DNA of 64,000 bases from Lobosporangium transversale (Eukaryota). The notes under the pieces were generated by a model. That model worked only from the letters and a program-made list of their open reading frames with translations. It was not told the DNA's origin and searched no databases. The stretch covers positions 1,240,001 to 1,304,000 of the forward strand of contig NW_019028982.1 in NCBI RefSeq assembly GCF_002105155.1, in the 5' to 3' direction. This document shows, piece after piece, positions 13,063-25,825 of the stretch. The translations under genes were made by a program, and so were the position numbers. Each line of letters begins with the position of its first letter. Position 1 is the first letter of the stretch.

Positions 13063-14482
13063 ATTCTTTCACTAGCCATCACCCATATCAATACGAAGTA
13101 TTGCAGCCTTTAGCTGCAAAGAAAGCTTGGAGCCTATGATACATTCTCGTGATAAGACTACAGCAGTACTCTATTGGGATCCTATACCACTCCACTGAAA
13201 TTCGTTGCCACAACTCATGACAGCTTTATGCTCGTTTTGGGTGCTTTGCAAGCCATCTCTCCAGCTTGGATTACATGTGTTCAATGAGGTTGAAGTCAAG
13301 AGACTGCGCTGGCCATTCCAAAAGCGTCCTTTTCTCTTTAGTCAGGTGCACTGACTCTAAATAGCTCCTGACAACCTTTGCCATATGCTTCGGGTCGTTG
13401 TCGTGCTGATAGATGAAACCGCCTTTTACTTTATCCCATTCGTGTAGCGCCATCTCTAGATCTTCCTGGAGGATTTTGATGCAAAGCTGTGAATCCAGGG
13501 TGTCGTCAATTAATGTAATGTATCTGGGTCCTTCCCATGAGAAGCAGGCCCATACCTTAAGATTGCCCTCCTCCAAACTTGACGGCCCCCCGTCCTGATC
13601 TGCGTTCTGTGCCCCGGAATATTGTCCCAGGCGCACTGAGCGCCATCGGAACAAATACGGTTAATTTTCGACTCGTCGGGCCAAACATTCCTTCTAAAGT
13701 CCACTTCTAGTATTTCCTAGGGGAACGTAGAGGCCCCTTAACATGTTGTTTTCGCAGAGCTGGTCGGCGTACATGCCTTTTGATTATTAAGCCTGACTCC
13801 TTGAGGCGTCGTCTGATTGTCGATGCGGAGACAGCCTCCGGCAAGGACTGACTGACCTTGGTAGCGGCTTCAACGGCGGACTTGAACACACCTCGTTTCA
13901 TGTTCAGCTTGAGATACTCTGTAGTTTTTGTAGGTACTTTCCGTGGTCGACCACGCTTTCTGATCGGCATGTCCTCCTTATTCTCTGCATATATCCTAGC
14001 GACCGTTCTTTGCGAAATACTGGCGCTAGCAGCCGCTTCTCGATCAGACATACCATTTAATATCAGCCTTTTGGCATTGTTGACCTTGCTTAGTGGAATC
14101 GGCTTCATATTCAGCATAGGTATGGTGAGAAGGAAGTTGAGCAAGTATGCGTAGAGAGAGGAAGGAGAGATTTTTTTTTTTTTTTTTTTTTTTTTTTCCG
14201 GCAATACAAGAGCAAAGATCATCATGAGCAACATTCGAGACCACTCCCAAAATTTTACCAAAGACCTGTTTGAAAAAAAAAAATAAAAAAATAAAAAAAA
14301 AAAAAAAATTAGCTATTTCAATTTAAAATCGAACTGAAAGTCCATACTTAATAATAATGATGCAGAAGGTGATGGGGCCTTTATTGATGCCAAATATGAA
14401 CAATGCCTACATAAGCGATTTCTAGAAAACAAAAAGAAGATATTAGAAGAAAGGGGGTCATTGGCATAGTTTTGCTTGGTAG
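12692..14482 (-). mobile_element. Decayed Tc1-like DNA transposon with long imperfect TIRs and TA flanks
   Basis: 12692-12854 is an inverted match to ~14311-14482 (TACCAAGCAAAACTATGCCAATG...TAATTGAAATA). An inner match is 13000-13016 vs 14258-14274 (16/17). TA at 12690-12691 and 14483-14484. Confidence 0.85.
13088..14108 (-). pseudogene. Tc1-family transposase pseudogene
   Basis: RGRPRK, VSASTIRRRLKESGL, VWPDESKI, QHDNDPKH, WPAQSLDFNLIEHM*, ELWQRISVEW...AAKGCNTSY*. Contains frameshifts and stops. Confidence 0.9.
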
Positions 14483-15618
14483 TATATATATATATACATA
14501 TAATATATATATATATATAATATATTCATTGACACACATCATGCATGTATTAAATAATATTTTTCTGCAAGTTTGAATCATATCTGTGGGATTGACGCTC
14601 TCTAACGGCGAGATAATGCAAAGAAACAGTTGGTTGTCAATGCTGGGGAATTTGGGGTCGAATTGAGTGGGGATGTGGTTCTTGACGTGGTTTGTGAAGC
14701 CCATCACTTCCAGCTTCTGTGATCAAAGAAGGAGCCAGAGTCTCGACTTGTTCTAAAGGTTGTTGGATCTTCCACGTGAGCATAATAAATCCAAGACAGA
14801 TGATTACCTTTATCTAATGAGCGATCTTGCGACCTCATTGTCCAAGTAAACCAGAGGTGCTTGATCTTACACTTGTTGTAGCGTTCATTCTTAACACAGC
14901 GGAGGTGATGACATTTGGCCCTGTCTTAAGTGCCAATCATCTGTTCTTCGTTTGTATTTAATAAAGCAATACAAATTATGCATACTTCTTTATTTGTTTA
15001 GGTTGCTGCAGATTTTTCCTGGTATTCCTTTTATTCACTTGTAAGCCTAACTCTTTTGTGCACTTTGACTGGGTTTTACACTTTGTGCCTGAGTAATTAC
15101 CTTTGTGCTCTCGTCCTATTTTGCCTTCAGTTGGGCTCACTTTGATGAAAAGATGTCTGCTAGTCAAACTGTATTCATGACCAGCTCCGTCTCTCGCCCA
15201 ATGTCCATGGTAAGGTGTAGGGAGGACTGATTGGCTACATGAACACACCGAAATGATCGTCTGCAAGCAGGTTGTCGCTGTCAGCAAAGGAGCAATTTAC
15301 TTGCCACTCATATTCAATACCTACAGACCATATTTTCTTTTGGTCATGGCAAGGCATTCCGTCCATCTGCATTCTTCCTTTTTCTCATCATTCATCTATT
15401 TCATCTCTTTCCTTTTCTTCTTTCCTTTCCGCGCTTCGTTATATTCCCTTCCGTCTCCTCACCGGTGCCCCTACCCGGATTGAAAGATATCTGGCTCCTT
15501 TCCTAATCCGTACATTCCTTCAACCCTTCACATCTCCTCCACTCCTTAACTCCATGCCACGCTATTTCACCTGTTCATAATCCTACTTCAATAGTCCAAT
15601 TCCAATCCTTATCCAACC

Positions 15619-17292
15619 ATGGCTGACCAACCCACCACAACCACACGCGCCACTCCTCGCCGCACTATTTCACGCCCTATAGCCACTGGAGCCAGCACTA
15701 CTCGGGCTACTCGCACTGCTCGACCCACCAACCAGGGGTCTCGTTCAGTAACGCGTGTGCCACGGTCATCCGCCGCTGTTTCTGACCGCACATCGACACT
15801 AGCTGCTTTACCTACTTCGTCATCTGCTCCCGAGTCAGCTGGCGGCCCATCCGGCGCTGTCATCGGAGGGATTGCAGCGGGTGCAGCCATGATGTTTGCT
15901 TTAGTCGGGCTCTTGTTTTACAAAAGGCGTAAAAGGGCTACTGTCGCTACTGCAGATGTCAGAGGTGGCAGCAAGGGTGACCTTCCTACTACAAGTACCG
16001 CTCTCTCAACGAACAACACCATCTCTGGGCCAATGTCTTTGGCACCTGATGACGGCATTGAGGCTGCACCTGCTCATCGTCCTGAAGCTCACTTTAGAGA
16101 ACAGCAGCAATTCCGACCAGGCATGAGAGACGAGCTTTTTGCTCAACCTGGCAGTGCTATCCATAAAACTCTAACGGAACGCAGGGAGAACAACAGCAAT
16201 AGCGGCAATCCTAAAGAAAACGCCCTCGTTAATAACAATGGCTATCTCAACGAGAAAGAGCTCTACAGCGGCAACAAGGAATCCCTAACAAACTCGATTT
16301 ACGACCATAATCATCTTGTAGACGATTACTTTGAAGGGCCAGACAATGCTGCAGTTGCCCCATCCATTGGTGCTCAGCGACCTGCCCCACAACCCAAAGA
16401 TCCAACGCATGGTAACTTGACACCTGCACCAGAGTATTACCTTGGTAAAGAAGATATCGATCCTCGACGTGATTTGCGTGGACTAGATAAGCCTGAAGCT
16501 TATGTGAAAAAGGCATCACCTATGTTTGAACCTGATCAGGCGCAGCCATCTGGTAACCAACGTTCCTCATCTTCTTCAGACGGGGATAGTGCCTATCTTA
16601 CACTGGAGCAGGCTCAGCAGGCCCACAACAATAAGATGATGGGTCACAAACAAAGCATTGGTTCTGCCGAGGCGTTGATGGCGAATCAACATACTAACGA
16701 CCGCCTCAAGAATAATGGGAGTGCACCTCCTGACCATCTTCTCTCGGTGGCCATGACAGAGTCCACAGTATCAATGATGCCGGCGCTCTCACCTGCAGCA
16801 GGTCCGCTACCATCTCAGCGTCCTGGCCCACCTAATCGAGGCCTAGTACAGGGACCCATGTCCCCTACTTCTCCCCATACTCGAGGCAGAGAGGATCCGT
16901 ATGCAGAAAGTGCATACAGTGAAGATTATCTCGATGATCGGTCGTTAGCATCCGGAAGCTATTATAACCCACATTATGCTGGACAGCAACATTCACCACA
17001 ATACCATCAGCATCATAGTAGTCCATACTCATCACAACCCATCTCTCCTCCATATTCTCAGCAAGGATATCCTCAACAAGGATATGGTCCTGTGCCTTAC
17101 AACAATAGTTATAATCATGGTTATAGCCATGGCCATGGCTACAATAATAATGGCTATAACAGTAATGGTTACAGTGGTTATAATGGAAACAATAGATCAT
17201 ATCCAGGCTCACCATCGTTTCCCAACTCACAGCCGCTACCTCACCATGGGCCAGGAATCCAGCGTGATGGGCCTTACCAAAGGCAATACTAG
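15619..17292 (+). CDS. Single-pass membrane protein with T/S/R-rich N-terminus and long disordered Y/P/G-rich tail
   Basis: 557-aa intronless ORF. TM segment GAVIGGIAAGAAMMFALVGLLFY followed by KRRKR. Confidence 0.75.
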   Translation: MADQPTTTTRATPRRTISRPIATGASTTRATRTARPTNQGSRSVTRVPRSSAAVSDRTSTLAALPTSSSAPESAGGPSGAVIGGIAAGAAMMFALVGLLFYKRRKRATVATADVRGGSKGDLPTTSTALSTNNTISGPMSLAPDDGIEAAPAHRPEAHFREQQQFRPGMRDELFAQPGSAIHKTLTERRENNSNSGNPKENALVNNNGYLNEKELYSGNKESLTNSIYDHNHLVDDYFEGPDNAAVAPSIGAQRPAPQPKDPTHGNLTPAPEYYLGKEDIDPRRDLRGLDKPEAYVKKASPMFEPDQAQPSGNQRSSSSSDGDSAYLTLEQAQQAHNNKMMGHKQSIGSAEALMANQHTNDRLKNNGSAPPDHLLSVAMTESTVSMMPALSPAAGPLPSQRPGPPNRGLVQGPMSPTSPHTRGREDPYAESAYSEDYLDDRSLASGSYYNPHYAGQQHSPQYHQHHSSPYSSQPISPPYSQQGYPQQGYGPVPYNNSYNHGYSHGHGYNNNGYNSNGYSGYNGNNRSYPGSPSFPNSQPLPHHGPGIQRDGPYQRQY

Positions 17293-17660
17293 TAAATACT
17301 GTTGACCAGTTTAGAATAGTAAAATGTAATAAAAAGAAGAACGCGTCGAAGTTGCTCATCAATCAATGGATGCTAGTGATGACCATGTGCGTCCTCGTGC
17401 ACTAGCATGGAATTTTTATTGTTAATGAACACAAAAAGAACCAATCTTTTTTTCTTCTTCCTTTCCCTCTTCTTTCCCTCTCTCTCTCTTTTGCTTTCAT
17501 TTCACTTTCATTTCAGCTTGTCAACATTAACTGGGTTGGTTCTGTTCATTCTTATTGAAAGTCACTTCCATTCCCTTATTTTCTTCATTTTTTAAAAAAA
17601 GAAGCATTAGTTATTAAATAACCATAGACACACTTTTCTATTCCCTCTCCCTTCCTCCAA

Positions 17661-17951
17661 ATGGGCACTTTCAGTCAAGGTATTACTCTCCATTCTGCAG
17701 GGACAGCAACAGGATCTGCCACCTCCCTGTCGCATCGTTCCTCACTCAAAGCACCTGCCCAAGTACGTTGGCCTGTGAACCTCAACCAACTTGCAGCACT
17801 CTCCCTTGACGATGACTCTGACCTTGACCGGTCCTTCTCCGATGGTAACAATACCCAAACATATCAATTATCATATCTGTTCGTTCCTTGTCAATATACC
17901 ACACACCTACTTGAACACACTTGAGGCATTGGCATACTATTAAAAGCTGAC

Positions 17952-17982
<31 letters not shown>

Positions 17983-20151
17983 AAGTCTCACGCGATGAAA
18001 TAGGCTCTGTCAAATTGTTGCGGATGCTCAAGGACAGCGACGACGAGTCGACTGCGTTGGCCAGTTCACAATCAAGGCTGCGAGGGTAATGTTGATTGCA
18101 CACATTATTTCAATACTGATGTTGATCTGGTGTTGGTCCCGTTCATCGCCTCTCCCTCCCCTCTCCTCCTTTGTCTACCTCACTTCCACATTTATTCTCT
18201 CCTAGCCGGCTCTTTCACGCATTTGTCTTTTACGGCTCAAAGTAACCTAATCTCCTGATATTGCATTCTTTCCCTCCTCGCTCACTCTTTCTCATCCTTG
18301 CTTCCGCTTTAGACCAAGATTATCGTACTCAAGCTCACAAACGACTCAACAGAAGCAACAGCTCCAACAATCCCATCAGGGAGGTAGCCCTATTGCACGC
18401 TCCACATCCCTACAAGGTGTTCATGGTTATCAGTCAGGTACCAATAGTAATAGTGCTACCAATGTCCTCCGACCACCACAGAGGAGACGATCCGATAATA
18501 AGGGATCAAGTCCTGCCACAGTACTCAGTAAACGACCAACAAGCCTTCGTCATCATCAATCAGACTTGTCGTTGGCAAGTACACGACGACAAGTTGGCAT
18601 AGCTGATCGTCCAGAAAATATGGGACATATCTTTTCAGAGACTAATGTTATTGCACAGAAATCAAGGACCAGTGGTGTACCACAGCATGATAAGATTGCA
18701 AGTGGACTCCGTGGACCAAGTTATAAGAGCGGGACCGATACCACTCCATCATCATCTCCGTCCGCTCTTCGAAAACCCGGTACTATCTCCAGTCCGTTAT
18801 CTTCATCTTCAAGTATACCCTCTCCAGCACTTCAACCTAGATCTCGTCTTTCTGTCCCTTCAAAGTTGTCTTCTCTGCCTTCAACTGGCACTATCTCTGG
18901 CCTAAAACAACGTTCACCTGCTCCCGCCACTGTTATTGGTATGGGGCCGGATCTTCGACAGCGGGAGTCTCTTTCGCCACCAAGACTCTCAAGTTCATCA
19001 GGACCATCTAGAAAGATAACGGGATTACAGCAGTCGCCTCTATCTCGACCTATGACCCTTAATCATCATGCTATGGGAAACCAGTCAACTACAGCTATTG
19101 TTTCGGCCTCACCTTCGTTTTCTTTTGCACAAGAGATTACAGCAGAGAATGATGGCGAGAGCGACCAGATGATACTAAAGTTAACAGAAGAACTAGACCG
19201 CTATAGGATAGAGCTGGAAACCTATAAGCAAGAGCGAGTTGTTGCAGACAAAATGAAGAAACAAATTTCAGATCTTGAGCGGGATCTCGAGACTGCCTTG
19301 GATTCGTTGCAGACTGCAGAAGCAAAGGTGATTGAAGCCGACTCACAACAACAAGCTGTAGACTCGCGTATTTCTGATTTTGAGAAAATGATCGAAGGCT
19401 TAAAAGCGGATTTGAACATGGAGAAATTGAAAGCAGAGAAGGCGCTTGGGGACGCAGCTGCCAGCCAAAAGCAAAAGTTACAAGAGCTGGAGATTCGCAA
19501 TAGAGGTGATTTTGCAAACATGAAAACCCTCCTGCCCGTTACTTTCGCTTCCTTTCTTACAGTATGATCCTTTTAGATTTTTATTCATCATTCTTTAAAT
19601 TCCCTAATAATTATTGGCCATAGAACTGGAAACAAAGTTGACGCAGGCGCAAGATGAGATCGACCAACTTGAACTCCAGGTTGTCCCAGCAGAGCTTCAG
19701 GATGTGCATCAATCATTGTTTTCAGCTACACAGGAACTCGACGAAGAGAAAAAACGCTGCGAAAAATTAAGGACGGAATTGGCTGAAGAAAAGGCGAAGA
19801 TAGCACGTGAACAGGAAGATTCAGGGCAGCTCCTGGTCAAGATCAGTCAACTTCAGGATACTATTGCGTACGTGTGGTTTCGTTTTTCTATATTTGTTAG
19901 TACAAAGTGTGCTCAAGGAATTTATTTTTGATACATGCGCTTAAAATTCTTTTTATATATGCGCTGGTGAATAATAGGAACCATATTCGAGATAACAACG
20001 CTCTCAAAGAAGTAGTAAAAGAACATGAAAAATGCCAAGAAAATGCTGAAGTTGCAGATCATCAGTACAAGAAAGAAGTTGTCCGACTACAGGTAATCTT
20101 TTAGTCTATCATCTCCTCTTATACAACATGACATTGATGAGATGTCGAAGG

Positions 20152-20186
<35 letters not shown>

Positions 20187-21472
20187 TAAAAAAAGTTTCG
20201 TGGTTACTGATTGTCATTTCCTCACCTTTTTGTACGCTGTAGGATGAGATTTCGATTCATCAACAAAGTCTAACCGAGGAAAGAGAGCAACGCTCAAGAG
20301 TGTAAGTGTCGTAGGATTGGACATGTCCCCCTACGATGTGGCATCAAGACCATGATGAGCCTTTACTAACTTTATTTTAACAAACTGTAACTAGTGAACA
20401 AGCTCTGCAGGAGCAGCAATATCAATCCCACCAACTACAACAGCAAATTCAGTTGCAGCAAACTCAGCTCCATCAACAACAAACAGAGATTGTCAATCTG
20501 CGTGCTAGTTTGGAGGTAGAGCAGAGACAAACTGTTCTTCTTCAACAAAAACTCCAGGAGGAGCAACGGTTGAACAGCCAATACGGAAGGCGTGTTTCTA
20601 TAGATGGTGATCTCAACGGATCGTTTTTGATGGTGGAAAATAACGCAAATGGTAGCAATGGCATCAACGTTGGAGCTACTCCGGTGGTGATGACTGCTTC
20701 TTCTGATATCCCATTGAATATGATAGGCAACAACAACATGGTTTCACCTGGACCCGGCCATCCATTATCATCATCTGGCCCATTCTCGTCCATGACGACT
20801 ACAGCCACGTCATTAGCAACTGGAATTCAGCCTATTCGTGGTTTTGATGCTTCGTCATCCTCTTCATCATTGTTGTCAAACCAGATTAATGCAAGCTCAG
20901 CCCAGAGTGGCGTACAAGCTGCAGCACTTCCACCAATGGCACCTGCTATGACCCATGGAGGAATGGCCACATCGGTAGCAGGAATAGCAACCCCAGATAT
21001 CGAAGCTAAGCCTGGAATGATTCATCGTGGCAGCTCTAGTTCAATCACAGGAATCATAGCGAATGGAAACGTGGGTAATAACCGTTTATCGTTGCAAGAC
21101 TCGCTTGGATCTGCAGGGTCTTCAGCAACTACTTCAGGCGCAGCAGTGGCTGTTGGTATGCAAACTATTGAGGAATTGACAACTCAACTACAGCACCTCA
21201 TTAAGGAAAAGGAGAGGGTACGTACATAAGTGTTTTAGCATTGTTTCATTTGTACCGTGGTTCTGGAGAAATAATAATCACTTTCTTTACTTCTTTGTTA
21301 CCTACCCACTGTTCGTCCGCATCTAAATTAGCTACAAGCGGATCTGAGCAAGATCCCGATTTCAGGCGGTGGGCCGATGACGAGACGTAAGGCGGATATG
21401 CTCGAAGAACAAATGGATAAAACAGAGAGGGCGATTAGTAAGATTCGATTGAACATCCGTATGCAGTCATGA
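17661..21472 (+). CDS. Multi-exon coiled-coil protein with Ser-rich N-terminal half
   Basis: Exons join across GT-AG introns into heptad-rich segments. Last exon LQADLSKIPISGGGPMTRRKADMLEEQMDKTERAISKIRLNIRMQS*. Confidence 0.7.
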
Positions 21473-22697
21473 GACGAATGCTCTAAGTATATGAACAAAA
21501 TAAAAAAGGATAATACATAGAAGCTATCGACTTGTGCGGGCAAGATGACATGTCTGTCTGGTCTATCTCCAATCATTCTTCTTCCGTAATTAGTCCTATC
21601 CATATGAACAACTGTACTTTCGACATCGGACTTATTTGATTACTAAAATCAAATCATCGACTAGATGTACAATAGTCGAGGAACAAAATATAAAAAAACC
21701 CTTTTTTTTTTTTTTTTTTTTTTTGTTGTTGTGATGATTGAAAATGAATATCTTAATACCAAAACTAGGCTCTGGAGACTGCGCCCTCAAGATTCCAATT
21801 TATTTACTCTTATCGTACCCTTGCTGATCCAAAGCTAGCCTTCTTCGACTAAGTGATGTGTTGTTATCTTTAATGCCAACACAGTCGCCGTATGAGATCT
21901 TTGACGAGGAAACAGTGGAGGATGATAGTAGTACCAGGTAAGTCTGACACGAGCAAAAAAAAAATACTATAGTATCAGTGCAAGGGTATTTGGAATAGGA
22001 AATGATCAATATAGCCCAAAGCCCAAAGACCGCGATGTATACCATAATGCATTTTGTTTTCTACTATAGCCATTTACAGTTTTACCCTCCCACGCAGCAG
22101 CAAAATCGGATAAATCTAGGAAAAAATTGGTCGGTTCTGAATTCATCGAAAGTTCTTTGGCTCCTCCTTTCGACCAGATTGCAAAACCAAACAGAACTGT
22201 CCAGCTGTCTCTATTAAGGTTAAACGTGATCAAGAGGTCAAGCATCGAGATGAAAAAGCACCAAAGCTCACTTTTAGATCTGTTGGTTCAAAACTCACCT
22301 CTGAAAATCTCCAGCAAAGGTGCACTGTTAACTGATCCTCAAATGCCATAGACTGAATACGATAATGCCATTTATATCCAACCATTCTGGGACAAGGTAT
22401 CATGCTTGACCACAATAGATGAAGCATCATTTCTACTCCCAGCAAAGGCCACAAATGAACAATAAAAAGCTTTGGATCGAAGTGCGACCAATGAATTCAA
22501 TCAAGACCAGTTGATCAAGCACAACTCCATAAAACCAAGCGAGCTGCAGGGGTTGAGCGAACGGGACAGATTTGCTTTGTTATGCGCTTGTCGTGCCCTT
22601 GTCGCGCCAGGTGGCGAAGTTGAAAAAGAAAAGGATCATCGCATAAGAGAATTAAGGAAATCCTTCATCTGTCATCACTCATTCAGTTGTTACCGAA

Positions 22698-25226
22698 ATG
22701 ACAGAGCATCAATACCAACAATTCCGAAAGGCCGACATTATTGAAAAAGTTTGTGTCAGAATTGCTTCCACCTTTGCAAGCAATGTCAACTCGTCTTGCT
22801 ACGTAAGTTTGCAAGACATTCAAGACGTGTTTCCAGATGCATTGCGCTTCAAGTTGGACGGGGATCCCATCCCGTTCCTTATAGACCCTAATGGGAACAG
22901 GTGCGTTATTAATTATCGTGCGCCTTATCAATCGCAATTGTCTCTGAAAAAGATAAAGGAACTAAATCTGGTGTATCTCTTTATTAGAATCGAACCTCTG
23001 CGCATTGCATTTTATCCTTACAAGATCCTGGATGTCATTACAGATGTACCGCAGCCCAGCGACAGTAACAACGGCAGCAACGCCACCATTCGTTTGCCTA
23101 CATTAAAAAATTCGGCAAATCTGGTCTCTCAGGATCCTCTTTCACCATTATTAAAGTTGATTGAATGTCTCAGCTCGTTTACGCTCACCGACGCACAAAA
23201 GGAGACGATCGTCTTCAACTTTGAAAAGGCTGAAAAGTTGCTATTGGAGGCCAGCGAGAAGGATGCCAAGATTGCTCTGCTGGAAACCAAAGAAAAAGAC
23301 AACAAGCTGGTCAATCTGTTGGAGGTCAGAGAATATAATGATAAAATAGTTAGTCTGCTGTTGGAAATCAAAGAAAAGGACGATAAGATAGTTAGTCTGC
23401 TGTCGGAGGCTAAAGAGAAGGATGTTGAGATGCTCAAGTTGCAAGACAAGATGCTTGGGCTACTATCTGGGACTAGGGAAAAGGACGACAGAATGCAAAG
23501 TCAAGCCCTCAACAGACTTGCCAGCCTTCAAAAGCGTGCTCATGCTATCCTCTCCCAGAACTTTGAGCTTCACGAATGTCCATTTCCTCGATTATTTATA
23601 ATTTTGCCTGTCGACCGCCCCAGATGGGACTCAGCGGATGTCTTGAAGAACAAGTTCCGTCTCCATTTCCTTTGTGAATCTGGTGGCCACACCACAATGC
23701 CCGGCAAAAGTAGCCAGAGTCAAATCCATATTACCAAACATGACGGATACGAAGTCCGAGATTGCACAGGAATCGTCAGGAAGTATGGAAAATATATGCT
23801 CATCCTCTTACATTGGCTCAAGTTGGGAATGCCTTCGTCTGCTTCTTCAGCACCAGACTCAAGTTTAATCGATATCGGTACCGACTGTTTAATGGGCTAT
23901 ATGGATGCGCTCTCTAAGAAGCATCCGGACTTGAACAACATCAATACAATCGATGACTATGAAGGACTTGAGAGAGCTGAGCTCCGAGAGCTGAGAACAT
24001 TTCTTCGAACCAACAATGATGACAGACAAATTGACGATTTGTACAGGGTTGCGACCGGAACAGGGCATTTTAAATGGGTTTGCCTCGATCACTATCGTCC
24101 GACGTTAAAAGAGCAAGAACAGAAGGCGTTTGAAAGTGCAGTAATGGCCAATGGTGGTAAATATGACGCGTACATTGGTAAAGTGATTGTCACTTTGGAA
24201 TCCAGAACCAAAGCTGAAAAATTCTTCACGATCCTAACCAATGCAAGACGTGTTTATGAGTTGGATATCACATTCGATTGGGATTGGACCGAGGTTGAGC
24301 TTGAAGCATTTGAGAATGTCTTAAAGGTATCAAGTGTATCGATTCTCCGGCTTGGGCTTCAATGGTTTCAAGCAAGCGAAGGAAGCGCCAGCAGGGAACT
24401 ACTTTCAATATTCATGCGATATGAAATACTTGTTCGCATCATAGGACTCTGCAAGATGAAAATGATTCATATTGTTCTATCTCCGGATCTCATAAAGCTT
24501 CTCAACTTACAACCCAAAAGATCGTCACATCTCCATAGGTTATCCTTCGAGATGAGTTTTCGAGGAATTGGAGCCAGTGAATTACTAGTACTTATAAATT
24601 CACTCAAGACTAACAAGGCTTTAACTATTTTGGACTTGGGATACAACTCGATCGGGAATGATGGAGTTGTAGCGCTGTCAGAGGCACTCAAGGTTAACAA
24701 AACCTTGACCGCTTTGGACATGAAGTATAACTTTATTGGGGATGAAGAAGCTCTGGCACTGTCAAAGGCGCTCGAGACAAACACTACTTTGACCGCTTTG
24801 AACCTGGAGTGTAACTCAATAGGGAAAGAAGGAATCCTGGCACTGTCCGAGGCACTCAAGGTCAACACGACTTTGAGTACTTTGAATCTGGGGACCAATT
24901 CACTTGGGAAGGAAGAAGCTCTGGCATTAGCAGAGGCACTGACGACTAACACGGCTTTGATCTCTTTGTGCTTAAGTTGGAACCCAATCGGGAATGGAGG
25001 AGCTGTGGCATTAGCAGAGGCACTCATGGTCAACAATACTTTGACCACTTTGAACTTGGGTTTCAATGCATTTGGGACTGAAGGAGCTCTGGCATTAGCA
25101 GAGGCACTGGCGACGAACACTGCATTGACCACTGTGGACTTGAAGGGTAACTCAATCGGGATTGAAGGGGCCTTTGCACTATCAGAGGCGCTCCAGTTTA
25201 ACGTGGCTTTGACGCTTTATACATGA
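22698..25226 (+). CDS. Coiled-coil plus RNI-like 28-aa LRR protein, copy 1 (intron 22901-22987)
   Basis: 14-aa LLEAKEKDDK-type repeats, central FELHECPFPRLFIILP...FRLHFLCE...KWVCLDH domain, 7 LRRs. Confidence 0.8.
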   Translation: MTEHQYQQFRKADIIEKVCVRIASTFASNVNSSCYVSLQDIQDVFPDALRFKLDGDPIPFLIDPNGNRCVINYRAPYQSQLSLKKIKELNLVYLFIRIEPLRIAFYPYKILDVITDVPQPSDSNNGSNATIRLPTLKNSANLVSQDPLSPLLKLIECLSSFTLTDAQKETIVFNFEKAEKLLLEASEKDAKIALLETKEKDNKLVNLLEVREYNDKIVSLLLEIKEKDDKIVSLLSEAKEKDVEMLKLQDKMLGLLSGTREKDDRMQSQALNRLASLQKRAHAILSQNFELHECPFPRLFIILPVDRPRWDSADVLKNKFRLHFLCESGGHTTMPGKSSQSQIHITKHDGYEVRDCTGIVRKYGKYMLILLHWLKLGMPSSASSAPDSSLIDIGTDCLMGYMDALSKKHPDLNNINTIDDYEGLERAELRELRTFLRTNNDDRQIDDLYRVATGTGHFKWVCLDHYRPTLKEQEQKAFESAVMANGGKYDAYIGKVIVTLESRTKAEKFFTILTNARRVYELDITFDWDWTEVELEAFENVLKVSSVSILRLGLQWFQASEGSASRELLSIFMRYEILVRIIGLCKMKMIHIVLSPDLIKLLNLQPKRSSHLHRLSFEMSFRGIGASELLVLINSLKTNKALTILDLGYNSIGNDGVVALSEALKVNKTLTALDMKYNFIGDEEALALSKALETNTTLTALNLECNSIGKEGILALSEALKVNTTLSTLNLGTNSLGKEEALALAEALTTNTALISLCLSWNPIGNGGAVALAEALMVNNTLTTLNLGFNAFGTEGALALAEALATNTALTTVDLKGNSIGIEGAFALSEALQFNVALTLYT

Positions 25227-25825
25227 GGATGCCTTAAATTGATAGCCAAGAGACACTCACCATTAGCTGATCTAATTTGCGGAAGGAGAGGGGGGGGGGG
25301 GGGTTTTCTTTATTATTTGACTGATTTGATTATTAGAATAGCGTGGAAGTATTGAAGAAAATGAAGTTGGTCTAAATAAATAGGCTCACGGCAGTCAAGC
25401 GGTTACAGCAACTTTGCCTTTTGATCCTTTCGATGTTGGCTCTTCTCCTCCTTTTAGGGCAGTTCTCGCATGTCAGCGCTGTTGAAAATCCATTCATTTT
25501 AGCAATTTAGTATATCATTTTAATCGAATGAAACACCAGAGCACAGCTTTCTATTATGATAAACCATGTATGAACATCACGTAGAACAATGTAAAGTTAG
25601 CAAAGGTACTTGTTCGTAATCTCTCTTCTTGATGTTTGAAGATCATCAACGGAGGGGTCGGAAATATTCCGCCGTCAAAGGTCCATTCTTTTACTGGTGC
25701 GCTTATGCTCATATGATATGGTATTAAGAACAAATTCTAATATGTATGTCTCTCTAGTCTAAAATGAAGGGGAGATATCTCTGTCATCCAAGGGGGCGTT
25801 TCTAATTTAATACATTCTTCTGTCT

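Noticed and set aside
21800..22460. Possible decayed transposase (RPDCKTKQNCPAVSIKVKRD frame)
   Set aside because: No diagnostic motif could be confirmed by eye.
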